A stretch of DNA of 64,000 bases, taken from positions 640,001 through 704,000 of the forward strand of contig CAVSGO010000007.1 of assembly GCA_963727525.1 (NCBI GenBank). Reading direction: 5' to 3'. Below are positions 30,001 through 38,751 of the stretch, piece after piece; position 1 is the first letter of the stretch; the number at the start of each line of letters is the position of its first letter. The DNA is from an uncultured bacterium (GTDB lineage Bacteria; Krumholzibacteriota; Krumholzibacteriia; LZORAL124-64-63). The notes beneath the pieces are model-generated. The model was not told where the DNA came from. It did no database searches and worked only from the letters and a program-made list of their open reading frames with translations. Made by a program: the position numbers and the translations under genes.

Positions 30001-30082
30001 CAACGAATTCATTCCGATCAACGATCCCCGGGTGTTTGGGGCGCATCGCCTGTTCCGGGTCGGACTCGGGTGGAAGTTCTAG
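27059..30082 (+). CDS. TonB-dependent receptor with N-terminal carboxypeptidase-regulatory-like domain
   Basis: Signal peptide; IKGTVVDGESGELLDYANVVIKGT; plug VRGGRS..IDGV, GGLDAEYGNALSGVVNITTK; FSPRLGFAFP; GNPNL; C-terminal GLGWKF. AAGGAG RBS. Confidence 0.92.
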   Translation: MLRRFRVLRMLVVLSLVGLVVAGVPSRVWAQGAPAMIKGTVVDGESGELLDYANVVIKGTTRGTMSLGGGAFYFRDIPAGTYTIQILYLGYEPAERTVTVAPGETKTLEFRMKVTIVETLGEFEVDAASYMVDVKGMKTSHDIGAEKFEQFAIDSVEDALARQAGIVMRAGQLYVRGGRSGEVQTQIDGVSVDNPIGGGTLSVSTLAVENVQAVTGGLDAEYGNALSGVVNITTKTGSREKFEGGLRFLTDDFGRQDRTYTNFDRFEYGFGGPSPVKNLTYYVSGDLVWSDNENFSVANRPEYSINFGDKNLFTLRRRQANSVRGSAKLAYYFDDKSKKLLTAEYTYSASWDQYYSPNWSVEGYVQKLIYMPQVISLSRFGGDNADTYLYTGSQIPVYYGPWYDQMLATARPAVVLDSHNSSATRHTVPIMQVRSAASGDVFTVAAQPSFEGFRYPYSQFSNVAEDSSYVYFNSANNDRQNTKLSQSAKLVWRHSLSEDTFYTVRLALVAFDTHVDVNGKDPYQYSHGGIYSPGLFSGQTTIYTTANDYYTDRLNPLYVTTSDYPRWEEQYSRTYQLKFDLTSSRWKGHLARTGLLFVYNDLAETSLSSPAIESRDRYTLEYQLGANRNVFHTYNPEASWYIQDRWEYEGMVVNYGFRWDMFSPGSAAEILLRNNDVDRNVVKYKTQFSPRLGFAFPITERDGFSFFYGRFIQFPDRANLFASQQVVGNQGTLGNPNLNAETTMTYQAAIQHQFTDYLAGSFAIYSKDIYDLISATQVTDSETGNTLYRYINKAYASARGVELSLNKRFSDSFSFDVAYTFAYADGVASSTEFGTNSEGLAYLPSQELPLDWDVRHAINVGLYLAEPGSWSGSVDMAYNSGFPWTPNDRFAKRQDPLLENSKRLPSTFNVNIQFRRELNVYGQHLTLELQGLNLLNEDEPQAPGQNILPGLQNATSAYYSYLTETGKFGGAFLQDQNGDTFNEFIPINDPRVFGAHRLFRVGLGWKF

Positions 30083-30132
30083 TTTTCCGCTGCCGGCGGG
30101 CCGTCCCGTCGGTGGGCAGGAGAGGAACGACG

Positions 30133-33021
30133 ATGAGATTGAGCTGCAGCAGGGACACACGCCGACCAGGGATGAGTCTCGTCTCGGCCATCGCCCTCTT
30201 CGCGATCATGGTGAGCGCGGCCTCGGCCTTTGCCTGGAAAGATCCCGATACGTTCGGTGGCGGGCCGTACGATCCCCATAGCGCGCTGGTGACGCACGGC
30301 GAGTACGTCATGAACGTGGGCAACCTCCAGATCAACATCACCAACTGGGGATTGATCGGTTCCTACCCTGGCTCGGGGTACACTTTCTCGGACGCACCGT
30401 CGGCACAATGGCCGGCCGGTAGCGGCAACGAGTACCTGTTCGCCGCAGGTATCTGGATCGGCGGTGTCTTGCTGGGGCAGACGGTGGTCTCGACGGGCCA
30501 GTACCAGCAGGAGATCACGGCGCGCGGCGAGGTCGCGGAGGATACGATCTACGAGGCCAAGGCCGCGCAACTCGTCCGGCCGGCCGGGAACTCGATTGCC
30601 AGCGGCCGCCGCTTTCCCGAACCCGACTCCAATGACGACGGGGACACATTCCCGTCGCCACCGTACGCCTCGGGCGTCCCGCTGGTCGACGAGGAAGTGC
30701 TCAACGGCTACGACGACGACGGTGATGGCCTGATCGATGAGGATTTCGCGCAGATCGGCAACCAGATGTTCGTGACCACGGAGTACGACAACACGCGGCT
30801 TGCCCAGCAGCGGTACCCGGATCACACGCCGATGAATCTGGAAGTGATCCAGTCGACCTACGCCTGGGAGAGCGATCTGGCGGACAACTTCGTGGGATTC
30901 AGCTACGCCATCGCGAATATCGGCGTAACCACGATAAGCAACGTCTACATCGGATTCTTCGCCGATGCCGACATCGGCCCGCGCAGCGGAACGAACGTCG
31001 CGTCCGATGACATGGTGGGCTCCTACTCCGGACCCGTGCGTGCGTCGGATGGGTCCTGGGTACCCGTCGAGGTCGGCTACATGTACGATGCCGCGGAGAA
31101 CAACCGCCTCGACGGCTACTTCGGCATCGCGTTCCTCGGACACGACACCGACCCCTCCGGCCTCCACGCGCCGAAGCGTGTGCAGCTCCGGTCGTTCCAG
31201 CGGTTCTCAGGCTCCTCGAGCTTCCAGCAAGGCGGCGATCCGACCAACGACAACGAGCGCTACGAACTGCTCAGCCGCCAGGAGCGCGATCAGAACTCGC
31301 CCCCGGGCAAGGCCGACGACTACCGGTTCCTCGTCTCTGGCGGTCCATTCGAGACCCTTGCGCCTCAGGATACGTTGCACTTCGACGTGGCCATGGCCGT
31401 GGGGCCGGGGCTCAATGGGCTCCTTTCCGTCTGTGCGGAGGCCACGCTCACGTATTTCGGCAACTACTTCGATCAGATCACCTCGGCGACCAATCATCAG
31501 GACGAACAGTTCAATCCCGGCATGAACGGGCGGGAGGCGCGGGTTTGTCGTGACGACTTCGTGCCGCCCGAGGCCTTCGATCAGATCCGTCCGGACTTTG
31601 GCGACACGTCGTGCGTGTCGCAGAGCTATCTGCTTGCGCAGCCCGCGCTGTCGAGCGCGGAGGTCTTCTCCTACATCGATCCGCTCGGCCATCGCAAAGA
31701 CTGCGCCTACGTCAACCTCGACAACTGTTTCGAGTGCTATCGCCAGAAGCCCCATACCCTGGGACAGTCGGCCGAAGATGCCCGGTGCACCCAGGCCGAT
31801 GTCGAGCAGTACTGGGATTGCAACCAGTCGGACCACGGTCCCGGTTGCACGGGCGTCGACGGCAACGAGACGCAGGTGAAGTGGCTGGTCGGCATGGCGC
31901 CGCCTCCGCCGGGGATGCGTGTCTGGCCCACCGACGACACCGTGCACGTGTACTGGGATGATCTGAGCGAGAATACGCCGGACGTTCGCCTCAACTTGAT
32001 CGATTTCGAATCGTACCGCATCTGGCGCGCGGACAACTGGACGCGTCCCTTCGGCTCGTCCGTCGACAACGGACCGGAGTCTGCGCTCTGGCAGCTCATC
32101 GCCGAGTACGACGTGGTCGACTCCTTCACGGCTGCCATCACGATCCCGCCGGACACGTTTGTCTACTATCACCGGTTGCCGCTGGGGCGGAACACCGGGA
32201 TGAACGCCATCAAGTACCAGCCCGCCGTGCTGGGCAACCCGCGGTTCGCCGGCCTCATGGAGGCCACCGAGGCGATCGTCCTCGCGGACCGTCTGGGAGC
32301 GATCGTCGCCCGCCCGGACCTCTACGACGAGTTCGGCCAACCGATCGAAGCCTACCAGGGGCTGATTCCCTGGCAAGGCTACCCCTCCGTGCTCGATACG
32401 TTCTGGGCCGAGGCAGCCCGGCCGGGCAGCACGTACGTGGATCCGAATTCCGGCGATCTGGTCGTGGTCTCACGAGAGAAGAAGCCGACCCAGTATTACG
32501 AGTACGTCGACCACAACGTTCATAACGGGTATCTGTATTTCTACTCCGTGACGGCGTCGGATCATGGTGTCGCCCTCAATGACGGGGTTGCGAGGATCTC
32601 CGGCCCGGGACAGTCGGGCGACCCCGCGTCGTCGTTCACCGACACGTCGCCGGGCACATTGGCGCAGACGGCCGAGGAGCGCAACCGATATGGCGCCAAC
32701 ATCTTCGTGTATCCGAATCCGGCTACGCGCGACGCGCTCGCTGATTTTCAGCAGTTCCAGCCGTCGGGTACGGACCCGACCGGCGTGCGCGTGAATTTCG
32801 CGAATCTTCCGGCCGCGCATAACACGATCAAGATCTTCACGCTCAGTGGCGATCTCGTGCAGACCATCGACCACGACGGCACGGGAGGATATGGCGAGGC
32901 GAGCTGGAATCTCATGAGCCGGAATTCGCAGGAGATCGTCAGTGGCATCTACCTGTATGTCGTCCATGCGGACGACAGCAGGTTCGAGGATTTCATCGGC
33001 AAGTTCGTGGTGGTGCGGTAA
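30133..33021 (+). CDS. Secreted acidic protein with T9SS type-A CTD/FlgD-Ig-like C-terminal domain
   Basis: Signal peptide; DDDGDGLIDED Ca-binding-like motif; Cys-rich insert; C-terminus VYPNP...IKIFTLSGDLV...WNL...SGIYLY...KFVVVR. Start could be 30172. Confidence 0.8.
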   Translation: MRLSCSRDTRRPGMSLVSAIALFAIMVSAASAFAWKDPDTFGGGPYDPHSALVTHGEYVMNVGNLQINITNWGLIGSYPGSGYTFSDAPSAQWPAGSGNEYLFAAGIWIGGVLLGQTVVSTGQYQQEITARGEVAEDTIYEAKAAQLVRPAGNSIASGRRFPEPDSNDDGDTFPSPPYASGVPLVDEEVLNGYDDDGDGLIDEDFAQIGNQMFVTTEYDNTRLAQQRYPDHTPMNLEVIQSTYAWESDLADNFVGFSYAIANIGVTTISNVYIGFFADADIGPRSGTNVASDDMVGSYSGPVRASDGSWVPVEVGYMYDAAENNRLDGYFGIAFLGHDTDPSGLHAPKRVQLRSFQRFSGSSSFQQGGDPTNDNERYELLSRQERDQNSPPGKADDYRFLVSGGPFETLAPQDTLHFDVAMAVGPGLNGLLSVCAEATLTYFGNYFDQITSATNHQDEQFNPGMNGREARVCRDDFVPPEAFDQIRPDFGDTSCVSQSYLLAQPALSSAEVFSYIDPLGHRKDCAYVNLDNCFECYRQKPHTLGQSAEDARCTQADVEQYWDCNQSDHGPGCTGVDGNETQVKWLVGMAPPPPGMRVWPTDDTVHVYWDDLSENTPDVRLNLIDFESYRIWRADNWTRPFGSSVDNGPESALWQLIAEYDVVDSFTAAITIPPDTFVYYHRLPLGRNTGMNAIKYQPAVLGNPRFAGLMEATEAIVLADRLGAIVARPDLYDEFGQPIEAYQGLIPWQGYPSVLDTFWAEAARPGSTYVDPNSGDLVVVSREKKPTQYYEYVDHNVHNGYLYFYSVTASDHGVALNDGVARISGPGQSGDPASSFTDTSPGTLAQTAEERNRYGANIFVYPNPATRDALADFQQFQPSGTDPTGVRVNFANLPAAHNTIKIFTLSGDLVQTIDHDGTGGYGEASWNLMSRNSQEIVSGIYLYVVHADDSRFEDFIGKFVVVR

Positions 33022-33083
33022 GTCCCGTTCACGAGGAAACGGGCCGCCACCAAACCCGTCGCAAGACGGACCTGGAGGAGAAC

Positions 33084-34016
33084 ATGAAGCGCATTGCCCT
33101 GTTGGCCGCCATCCTCATGTTGCTACCCGCGCTCGCGCTCGGGAAGCAGTTCGAGAAGGTTGGTACCTTTGGCGCGCAGTTCCTCAAGATCGGAGTGAGC
33201 GCGCGGGCTACCGGGATGGGGTCGGCATTCACCGGCGTGGCGGACGACGCCAACTCGGTGTTCTGGAATCCGGGCGGTCTGGTGAACGTGATCACGAACG
33301 AGGTCGCGCTCAACCACGTCGAGTGGCCGGCGGACATCAACTTGACGAGCGCGTGCCTGGCGTTCAATCCCCGGTCCATTCCGGGAACGCTGGCGATCTC
33401 GGCGCGGTCGCTGTGGCTCGATCCGATGCTCGTGCGCACGGGCTACGAGCCCGACGGCAACGGCCAGGACTTCGACGCGGGCAGCACGGCGTTTGGCCTC
33501 AGCTATGCGCGCTTCTTCACGGACAAGTTCTCCGCGGGGTTCACGCTCAATTATATCCACGAGGGACTGGCGGAGACGAGCGTCAACACGATGGGCTTCG
33601 ATTTCGGTATCATGTACCGCATCGGTGTCAAGGATCTCAAGCTCGGCATGGTGATCCAGAATCTCGGCGGCAAGGAGAACTTCGACGAGATCGAGTCGAA
33701 GATGCCGACGACGTTCAAGGTCGGAACCAGCTTCGTGCCAATCCACACCGAGCACCACAAGCTGCTCACGGCCGCCGAGTTCCAGCACCCTTCGGACAAC
33801 AAGGAGCGGGCGAACATCGGTGCCGAGTACGGCATGAACGACATCTTCTTCCTCCGGGGCGGCTACAACATCGCCTACGATACCGACGGCGTGACGTTCG
33901 GGTTCGGCGTTGCCCTCAAGGCGGGCGATTCGTCGCGGCTCCAGCTCGACTACAGCGCGGTCGACATGGGCCCACTGCAGTACGTGCACCGGCTCTCCCT
34001 GAAGGTCATCTACTAG
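33084..34016 (+). CDS. PorV/PorQ (UPF0164) family outer-membrane barrel
   Basis: Signal peptide; AQFLKIGVSARATGMGSAFTGVADDANSVFWNPGGL; GAEY...LRGGY; LDYS...HRLSL. Confidence 0.88.
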   Translation: MKRIALLAAILMLLPALALGKQFEKVGTFGAQFLKIGVSARATGMGSAFTGVADDANSVFWNPGGLVNVITNEVALNHVEWPADINLTSACLAFNPRSIPGTLAISARSLWLDPMLVRTGYEPDGNGQDFDAGSTAFGLSYARFFTDKFSAGFTLNYIHEGLAETSVNTMGFDFGIMYRIGVKDLKLGMVIQNLGGKENFDEIESKMPTTFKVGTSFVPIHTEHHKLLTAAEFQHPSDNKERANIGAEYGMNDIFFLRGGYNIAYDTDGVTFGFGVALKAGDSSRLQLDYSAVDMGPLQYVHRLSLKVIY

Positions 34017-34038
34017 GCATGCCGGATCGTGTCCTCCT

Positions 34039-34070
34039 GCCGCCTCGCCAGTTTCGACCGGCGGGGCGGC
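34039..34070 (+). terminator. GC-rich hairpin after the PorV-like gene
   Basis: GCCGCCTCGCC...GGCGGGGCGGC stem without a U-tract. Confidence 0.35.
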
Positions 34071-34167
34071 CGCGTATTCCGGGGATGCCTGTTGGCTGGC
34101 GCGCTCGGTTTCCTTATCGTGATGGAGGATGCGCTGACTTGAGCCGAGGGCTCGGGAGTGACCGGAC

Positions 34168-35808
34168 ATGAACACGCGCGGATATCGAAGTCGGGTCGGA
34201 ACCCTGGCGGTCGCCATCGTGGTGGTCGGTGCATCGGTGGCCGGCGCCGCCTGGCTTCGACCCGTCGAGGGCGGCGGCAATTTCCATTGCACGGTGGACC
34301 TGGCGAATTTCCAGGAGGCCGATGGACGACTCGATGTCGTCGTCATGGTGGCAATAGAGAACCGCGAGATCGAGTTCGAAAGGGTCGATGGCCGCTGGCA
34401 GGGCAAGTTGCATGCGGTGGCCACTCTCAGTCGTGGCGCGGACGATTCGCTGGTCACGGTGACGGCTGAGGCCGACGTGCCCGTACATGCCCGGAGCGAG
34501 CAGGAGGCCGGCTCGCCGACGCTGACGCAGATCTTCACCCTCGTGCTCCGCGATGTCCCCTTCCACGACGGCACGTTCCAGCTCGATCTGAACGATCTCA
34601 ACCGACGGCGCCCTGTATTTCTCAGCTTCATCAACAAGGAACCGGCGTTCAGCCAGGCGGTGGCCGACTGGTCGGCGCCGCCCGAGGGGAACGGCCGCGG
34701 CCTCGTCGTGGGGGATCTGGTGTTCCTCGCCCACGCGCCCATTGCCGAGTGGTCGGCGCGCGCGGTGCGTCCCGACTCCCTCGCCAGTGGCGGGCCATGG
34801 GATTACCTGCACCCGCTGCGTCGCTACGGACTCGAGCAGACGCAGGTGCAGGTGTACTTCGAGCTGCAGCCGCCGCACGATTCCGCCCGGTGGCGCGAGG
34901 CGTCGGGCCGGGACCTTCTCGTCGAGGTCCTCAGCAAGGAACTCGATTTCGCGCTCCGCGACACGTTGTCGCTGACGCCCACTGCCCGGCAGGCTCTGGC
35001 CGCCGGCCGGCCGGCCGCCATCTATTACCAGCTCGACGGCTCGCTACTCCCACCTGGTGCGTTCCGGCTCGGAATAGCGCCCCTGGACTCGGTCGGGAGG
35101 GGCTACCTGGGCGAGTTCGATGTGACCTGGCGCCTCGATCAGGTGGCCCGCGGGCTCGAGGACTTGCTCGGCGAGGGCCATACCGTGCTGCGGGGAGAGC
35201 AGCTGCGAAAGTTCGACCACGCGTCGCGCATGGAGCAGGAGGTCATCCTCGATCGTTTCTGGCAATCGCTCGACCCCGATCGCTCCGACCCCTACAACGA
35301 GGTCTATGCCGAATTTCGCCGGCGCGTCTCCCATGTCCGGGAGCATCTCGGCGGTTTCGGGGCGGGCGGTGCGAGGGACGCCCGGGGGCGGGTCTATCTC
35401 CTGCTCGGCCCACCGGATGAGATCCAGACGCACGTCATGCCACTGAACGAGTCGGATCTCGAGGACGCCAGGGTCAAGGTGTATGAGCCGTACGCGCCGG
35501 ATCGGGAGGGGACCTTCGCCAAGGGAAACTATGCGACCGAGACATCGGCATCGCGAATCGTGTTCACGCCTGTCATTCCCATGCCTTACTCGTTCACGGC
35601 GGCGATGGAGATCCAGCAGAACAAGACGAGTGTCAAGCGGGAACACGGATTTGAACTGTGGCGGTACACGCGGCGTGGGGACGGGCTGTTCCCGAACGCC
35701 TATTCGGACGCCGGCGCGTTCGCCGGTTTACGTTTCCTGTTCGTGGATAGCGACGGAACCGGACGGTTCGAACTGCAGTCGTCGAACGCATTCAAACAGG
35801 GCGATTGA
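34168..35808 (+). CDS. GWxTD-domain protein (exported)
   Basis: Signal peptide; RFWQSLDP...NE...EFRRRV, GARDARGRVYLLLGPPDE, ELWRY, FLFVD..GTGRFEL. Confidence 0.8.
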   Translation: MNTRGYRSRVGTLAVAIVVVGASVAGAAWLRPVEGGGNFHCTVDLANFQEADGRLDVVVMVAIENREIEFERVDGRWQGKLHAVATLSRGADDSLVTVTAEADVPVHARSEQEAGSPTLTQIFTLVLRDVPFHDGTFQLDLNDLNRRRPVFLSFINKEPAFSQAVADWSAPPEGNGRGLVVGDLVFLAHAPIAEWSARAVRPDSLASGGPWDYLHPLRRYGLEQTQVQVYFELQPPHDSARWREASGRDLLVEVLSKELDFALRDTLSLTPTARQALAAGRPAAIYYQLDGSLLPPGAFRLGIAPLDSVGRGYLGEFDVTWRLDQVARGLEDLLGEGHTVLRGEQLRKFDHASRMEQEVILDRFWQSLDPDRSDPYNEVYAEFRRRVSHVREHLGGFGAGGARDARGRVYLLLGPPDEIQTHVMPLNESDLEDARVKVYEPYAPDREGTFAKGNYATETSASRIVFTPVIPMPYSFTAAMEIQQNKTSVKREHGFELWRYTRRGDGLFPNAYSDAGAFAGLRFLFVDSDGTGRFELQSSNAFKQGD

Positions 35809-35872
35809 AGGGACGCAAGGCCGGCCTGCGCGAGCGCCGAATATGAGAATACCGTTTGACTTAGGTAGGGCG

Positions 35873-35902
35873 TTGACACAAATTACATGCCACCGGTATA
35901 CT
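35873..35902 (+). promoter_or_regulatory. Sigma70 promoter of exbB-exbD-exbD-tonB
   Basis: TTGACA-18 nt-TATACT in an AT-rich patch. Confidence 0.7.
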
Positions 35903-36065
35903 GCCGAACCCGGTGATTTCGCGGGCGACCGAGGGTGTACGGATAGCCGACGCGGGGACAGGGACGACAGGGTCGATGAAGGCACCCACCAGAGCATCGA
36001 CCCCGGTCTCCGGTAGAATTCTGGAGCATCATCCGGGCCCCACTCAGGAAAGGGAGATTAGCGCA

Positions 36066-36935
36066 ATGGCTCGTCACGGTTCGCTGAAGAAGGCCGGCCT
36101 CTTCGCCATCGGCCTCGCTCTGCTCGTCATGGCCAATGTCGCGCCGGCGTTCGCACAGGACGACGCGGATGTGCCGTCCAACGAGCGCATCGAGAAGATC
36201 ATGGCCACGCCCGACTCCCTGGGCTTCGCCAAGACCGCGGCCGACTCGGCGAGCCTCGTGCCCGTCTACATCGAGCCGATTGGCGGCCTCATGGGTGTGC
36301 TCGAGCGCAGCCCGCTCGGCAAGACCGGTTTCGGCAAGTTCTTCGTCAAGGGCGGCAGCTTCATGTGGTGGCTGCTGCTGATCGGCATCGTGGGTCTGGT
36401 GTTCATCCTCGAACGCATGTGGACTCTCAATCGCGCCAAGGTGAACACGCGCAAGCTCATCGGCACCGTGATCACGACGCTCAAGACCGAGGGCGTGCAG
36501 GCGGCCGCCGAGGAATGCCAGAAATGGCGCGGCCCGATCGCGGCCATCCTGTACTCGGGTCTGCAGAAGTCGGACAGGGGCGACGAGGCCGTGGAGAAGG
36601 CCATCAGCACCGCCGGCGTGATCGAGATGAGCTTCCTGGAGCGAGGTCTGGTGTGGGTGTCGTCGGTGACGACCCTGGCGCCGCTCGTCGGCTTCCTCGG
36701 TACGGTGTCGGGTATGATCCATGCCTTCGAGGCGATCGCGGCCAGCGAGCAGGTGAACGCCAAGCTGGTGGCGTCGGGTATCTCCGAGGCCCTCATCACC
36801 ACCGCCACGGGCCTCGTACTCGCCGTGCCGGCGACCATCGCCTACAACTTCTTCGTGGCGTCGATCGACCGCTTCACCATCGAGATGGAAGAGGCGGCCA
36901 TGGAACTGATCGAGGCACTCGACAGTATGCGATAG
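36066..36935 (+). CDS. exbB: MotA/TolQ/ExbB proton channel protein
   Basis: KGGSFMWWLL, APLVGFLGTVSGMIHAF, GISEALITTATGLVLAVPA; N-terminal signal-like extension. Confidence 0.9.
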   Translation: MARHGSLKKAGLFAIGLALLVMANVAPAFAQDDADVPSNERIEKIMATPDSLGFAKTAADSASLVPVYIEPIGGLMGVLERSPLGKTGFGKFFVKGGSFMWWLLLIGIVGLVFILERMWTLNRAKVNTRKLIGTVITTLKTEGVQAAAEECQKWRGPIAAILYSGLQKSDRGDEAVEKAISTAGVIEMSFLERGLVWVSSVTTLAPLVGFLGTVSGMIHAFEAIAASEQVNAKLVASGISEALITTATGLVLAVPATIAYNFFVASIDRFTIEMEEAAMELIEALDSMR

Positions 36936-36980
36936 CGGTTCACGCGTGCTGATGGACCCGGACCAGAGGAACGAAGAACC

Positions 36981-37400
36981 ATGTCGGTGATGCGGAAGAA
37001 GAAGAAACAGGCGATCGGCGAGATCAACCTCGCCTCGACGTCGGATATCTCCTTCCTGTTGCTGATCTTCTTCATCGTGACGACGATCTTCGCCGAAGAG
37101 CAAGGTCTGATCATGATCCTGCCCGGCAAGCAGAAGAACAAGGAAGACATCGTCAAGGTGAAGCAGAGCAACATCGCGACGATCAGGATCAGCAAGAACA
37201 ACGCGCTCACGCTCGACCAGAAACCGATCCAGCTGGCGCACGTCGAGTACGCCATCAGGGATCGTATTCTCAACAACGAGAAGACGGTCGTCGTGCTCGA
37301 GACCGATCCGGACGCGTATTATGGCACCATGGTGGCCGTGCTCGATGAGCTGAAGCTGGCCAACGCCCGCAAACTCACGCTGAAGACGACGGGGAGGTAG
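36981..37400 (+). CDS. exbD: Biopolymer transporter ExbD/TolR
   Basis: EINLASTSDISFLLLIFFIVTT with the conserved TM Asp; D..AYYG.MVAVLDEL. Confidence 0.9.
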   Translation: MSVMRKKKKQAIGEINLASTSDISFLLLIFFIVTTIFAEEQGLIMILPGKQKNKEDIVKVKQSNIATIRISKNNALTLDQKPIQLAHVEYAIRDRILNNEKTVVVLETDPDAYYGTMVAVLDELKLANARKLTLKTTGR

Positions 37401-37405
37401 GGGCG

Positions 37406-37828
37406 GTGGACTTTAATCGGTCGGCCAGGAAAGATCCCTACATTCCCACGGCTTCCATGGGCGACATCGTCTTTCTGCTGCTCATCTTCTTCATGGTCAC
37501 GACCATCTTCCGCAAGGAAGTCGGTCTGCCGGTGGAGTTGCCGCGCGCCGAAGCGGGCGAGGAAGTGCAGCGCGATCTGGTGTCCAACATCTACATCGAT
37601 CGGTTGGGGCGTATCTCGGTGGACGACCGGCTGGTGCAGACGCGGTTCATCTCGGACATCTTCGGCAAGAAGATCCAGAATAACCCGCAACTCATCGTGG
37701 CCTTCAAGACGGACAAGATGACGCCGTACGGTACGGTGAGCGACGTGATGGAAGAGCTGAAAGACGTCAACGCGGTGAAGGTGTTCTTCCACAACGACGT
37801 GGAAGTGCGCCCGCCGACGAAGTACTAG
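37406..37828 (+). CDS. exbD: Biopolymer transporter ExbD/TolR (second copy)
   Basis: IPTASMGDIVFLLLIFFMVTT, VELPRA, D..TPYG.V.DVMEEL. Confidence 0.9.
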   Translation: MDFNRSARKDPYIPTASMGDIVFLLLIFFMVTTIFRKEVGLPVELPRAEAGEEVQRDLVSNIYIDRLGRISVDDRLVQTRFISDIFGKKIQNNPQLIVAFKTDKMTPYGTVSDVMEELKDVNAVKVFFHNDVEVRPPTKY

Positions 37829-37851
37829 GATTGGGGAGAAGCGAGAGTGCC

Positions 37852-38505
37852 ATGAGTACGTCGAGTGCCACGCCTGCCTACCGAATGTCGGCCAATGCCG
37901 AGTTCAAGGCGCAGTATGGCAAGACGCTGCGCTGGTCCTTGCTGGGTGCCATCCTCATCGTGCTCATCGCCTTTTTCGTGTCGCCGGAGATCAAGTTCAA
38001 ACCCTACAAGATGCGGCAGCAAGAGATGGAGCTTGTCGAGCTGAATGACACGCCCCAGGACTTCGAGTTGCCGCCGCCCGTGGAAGCCCCGACGCCGCCG
38101 AGGGTGATCGAGGCGGCTCCCGATGATGCGGTGACGGACGACGTCGAGATCGCCGACACGCTGATCGACCTCACGGCCGCCCTGAACGACGGTATGGGAG
38201 CGATCAGTCTGGACAATGGCGAGCAGTTCGTGGTATCCGCCGAGAATCCCAAGTTGCTGCAGCGGGTTCAGCCCGAGTATCCGGAGATGGCCCGCATGGC
38301 GCAGCTCCAGGGCACGGTCATCGTGAAGGTGCTCGTGGGACCGGATGGCACCGTGCTGGACGCCCAGGTGGTCAAGAGCGTGAACCCTACGCTCGATCAG
38401 TCCGCGCTCGCGGCCGCTCGGCGCACCAAGTGGATCCCGGGCAAACAGCGCAATATTCCGGTCAAAGCCTGGATGGCGCTGCCGTTCAATTTCAAGCTCC
38501 ACTGA
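37852..38505 (+). CDS. tonB: Energy transducer TonB
   Basis: N-terminal TM, Pro-rich linker, C-terminal PEYPEMARMAQLQGTVIVKVLV..DG.V, ALAAAR..KW.PG. Confidence 0.92.
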   Translation: MSTSSATPAYRMSANAEFKAQYGKTLRWSLLGAILIVLIAFFVSPEIKFKPYKMRQQEMELVELNDTPQDFELPPPVEAPTPPRVIEAAPDDAVTDDVEIADTLIDLTAALNDGMGAISLDNGEQFVVSAENPKLLQRVQPEYPEMARMAQLQGTVIVKVLVGPDGTVLDAQVVKSVNPTLDQSALAAARRTKWIPGKQRNIPVKAWMALPFNFKLH

Positions 38506-38751
38506 TCGGTCCCGCCTGGCCGCTGTTCGGCCACCGGAGGGAACCTCGCGGCTCGGGGCCGCGTCCTAGAGGCGCGGCCCTTCGCATCGGTCCCGCGACA
38601 TCGAGCGCTGGAACCTGCAACCCGGAGCGTTGGAGCACGTAAGTGCTGCGGTCGCCAGTGGAATCTGCCTGGCCAGGCGACCCATCCGTCGCTAGAATGC
38701 CCTTGGCCGGCGGCCGCGCCGGCCGGCAACCTGTCGCAAGGAGAGCGGTCC

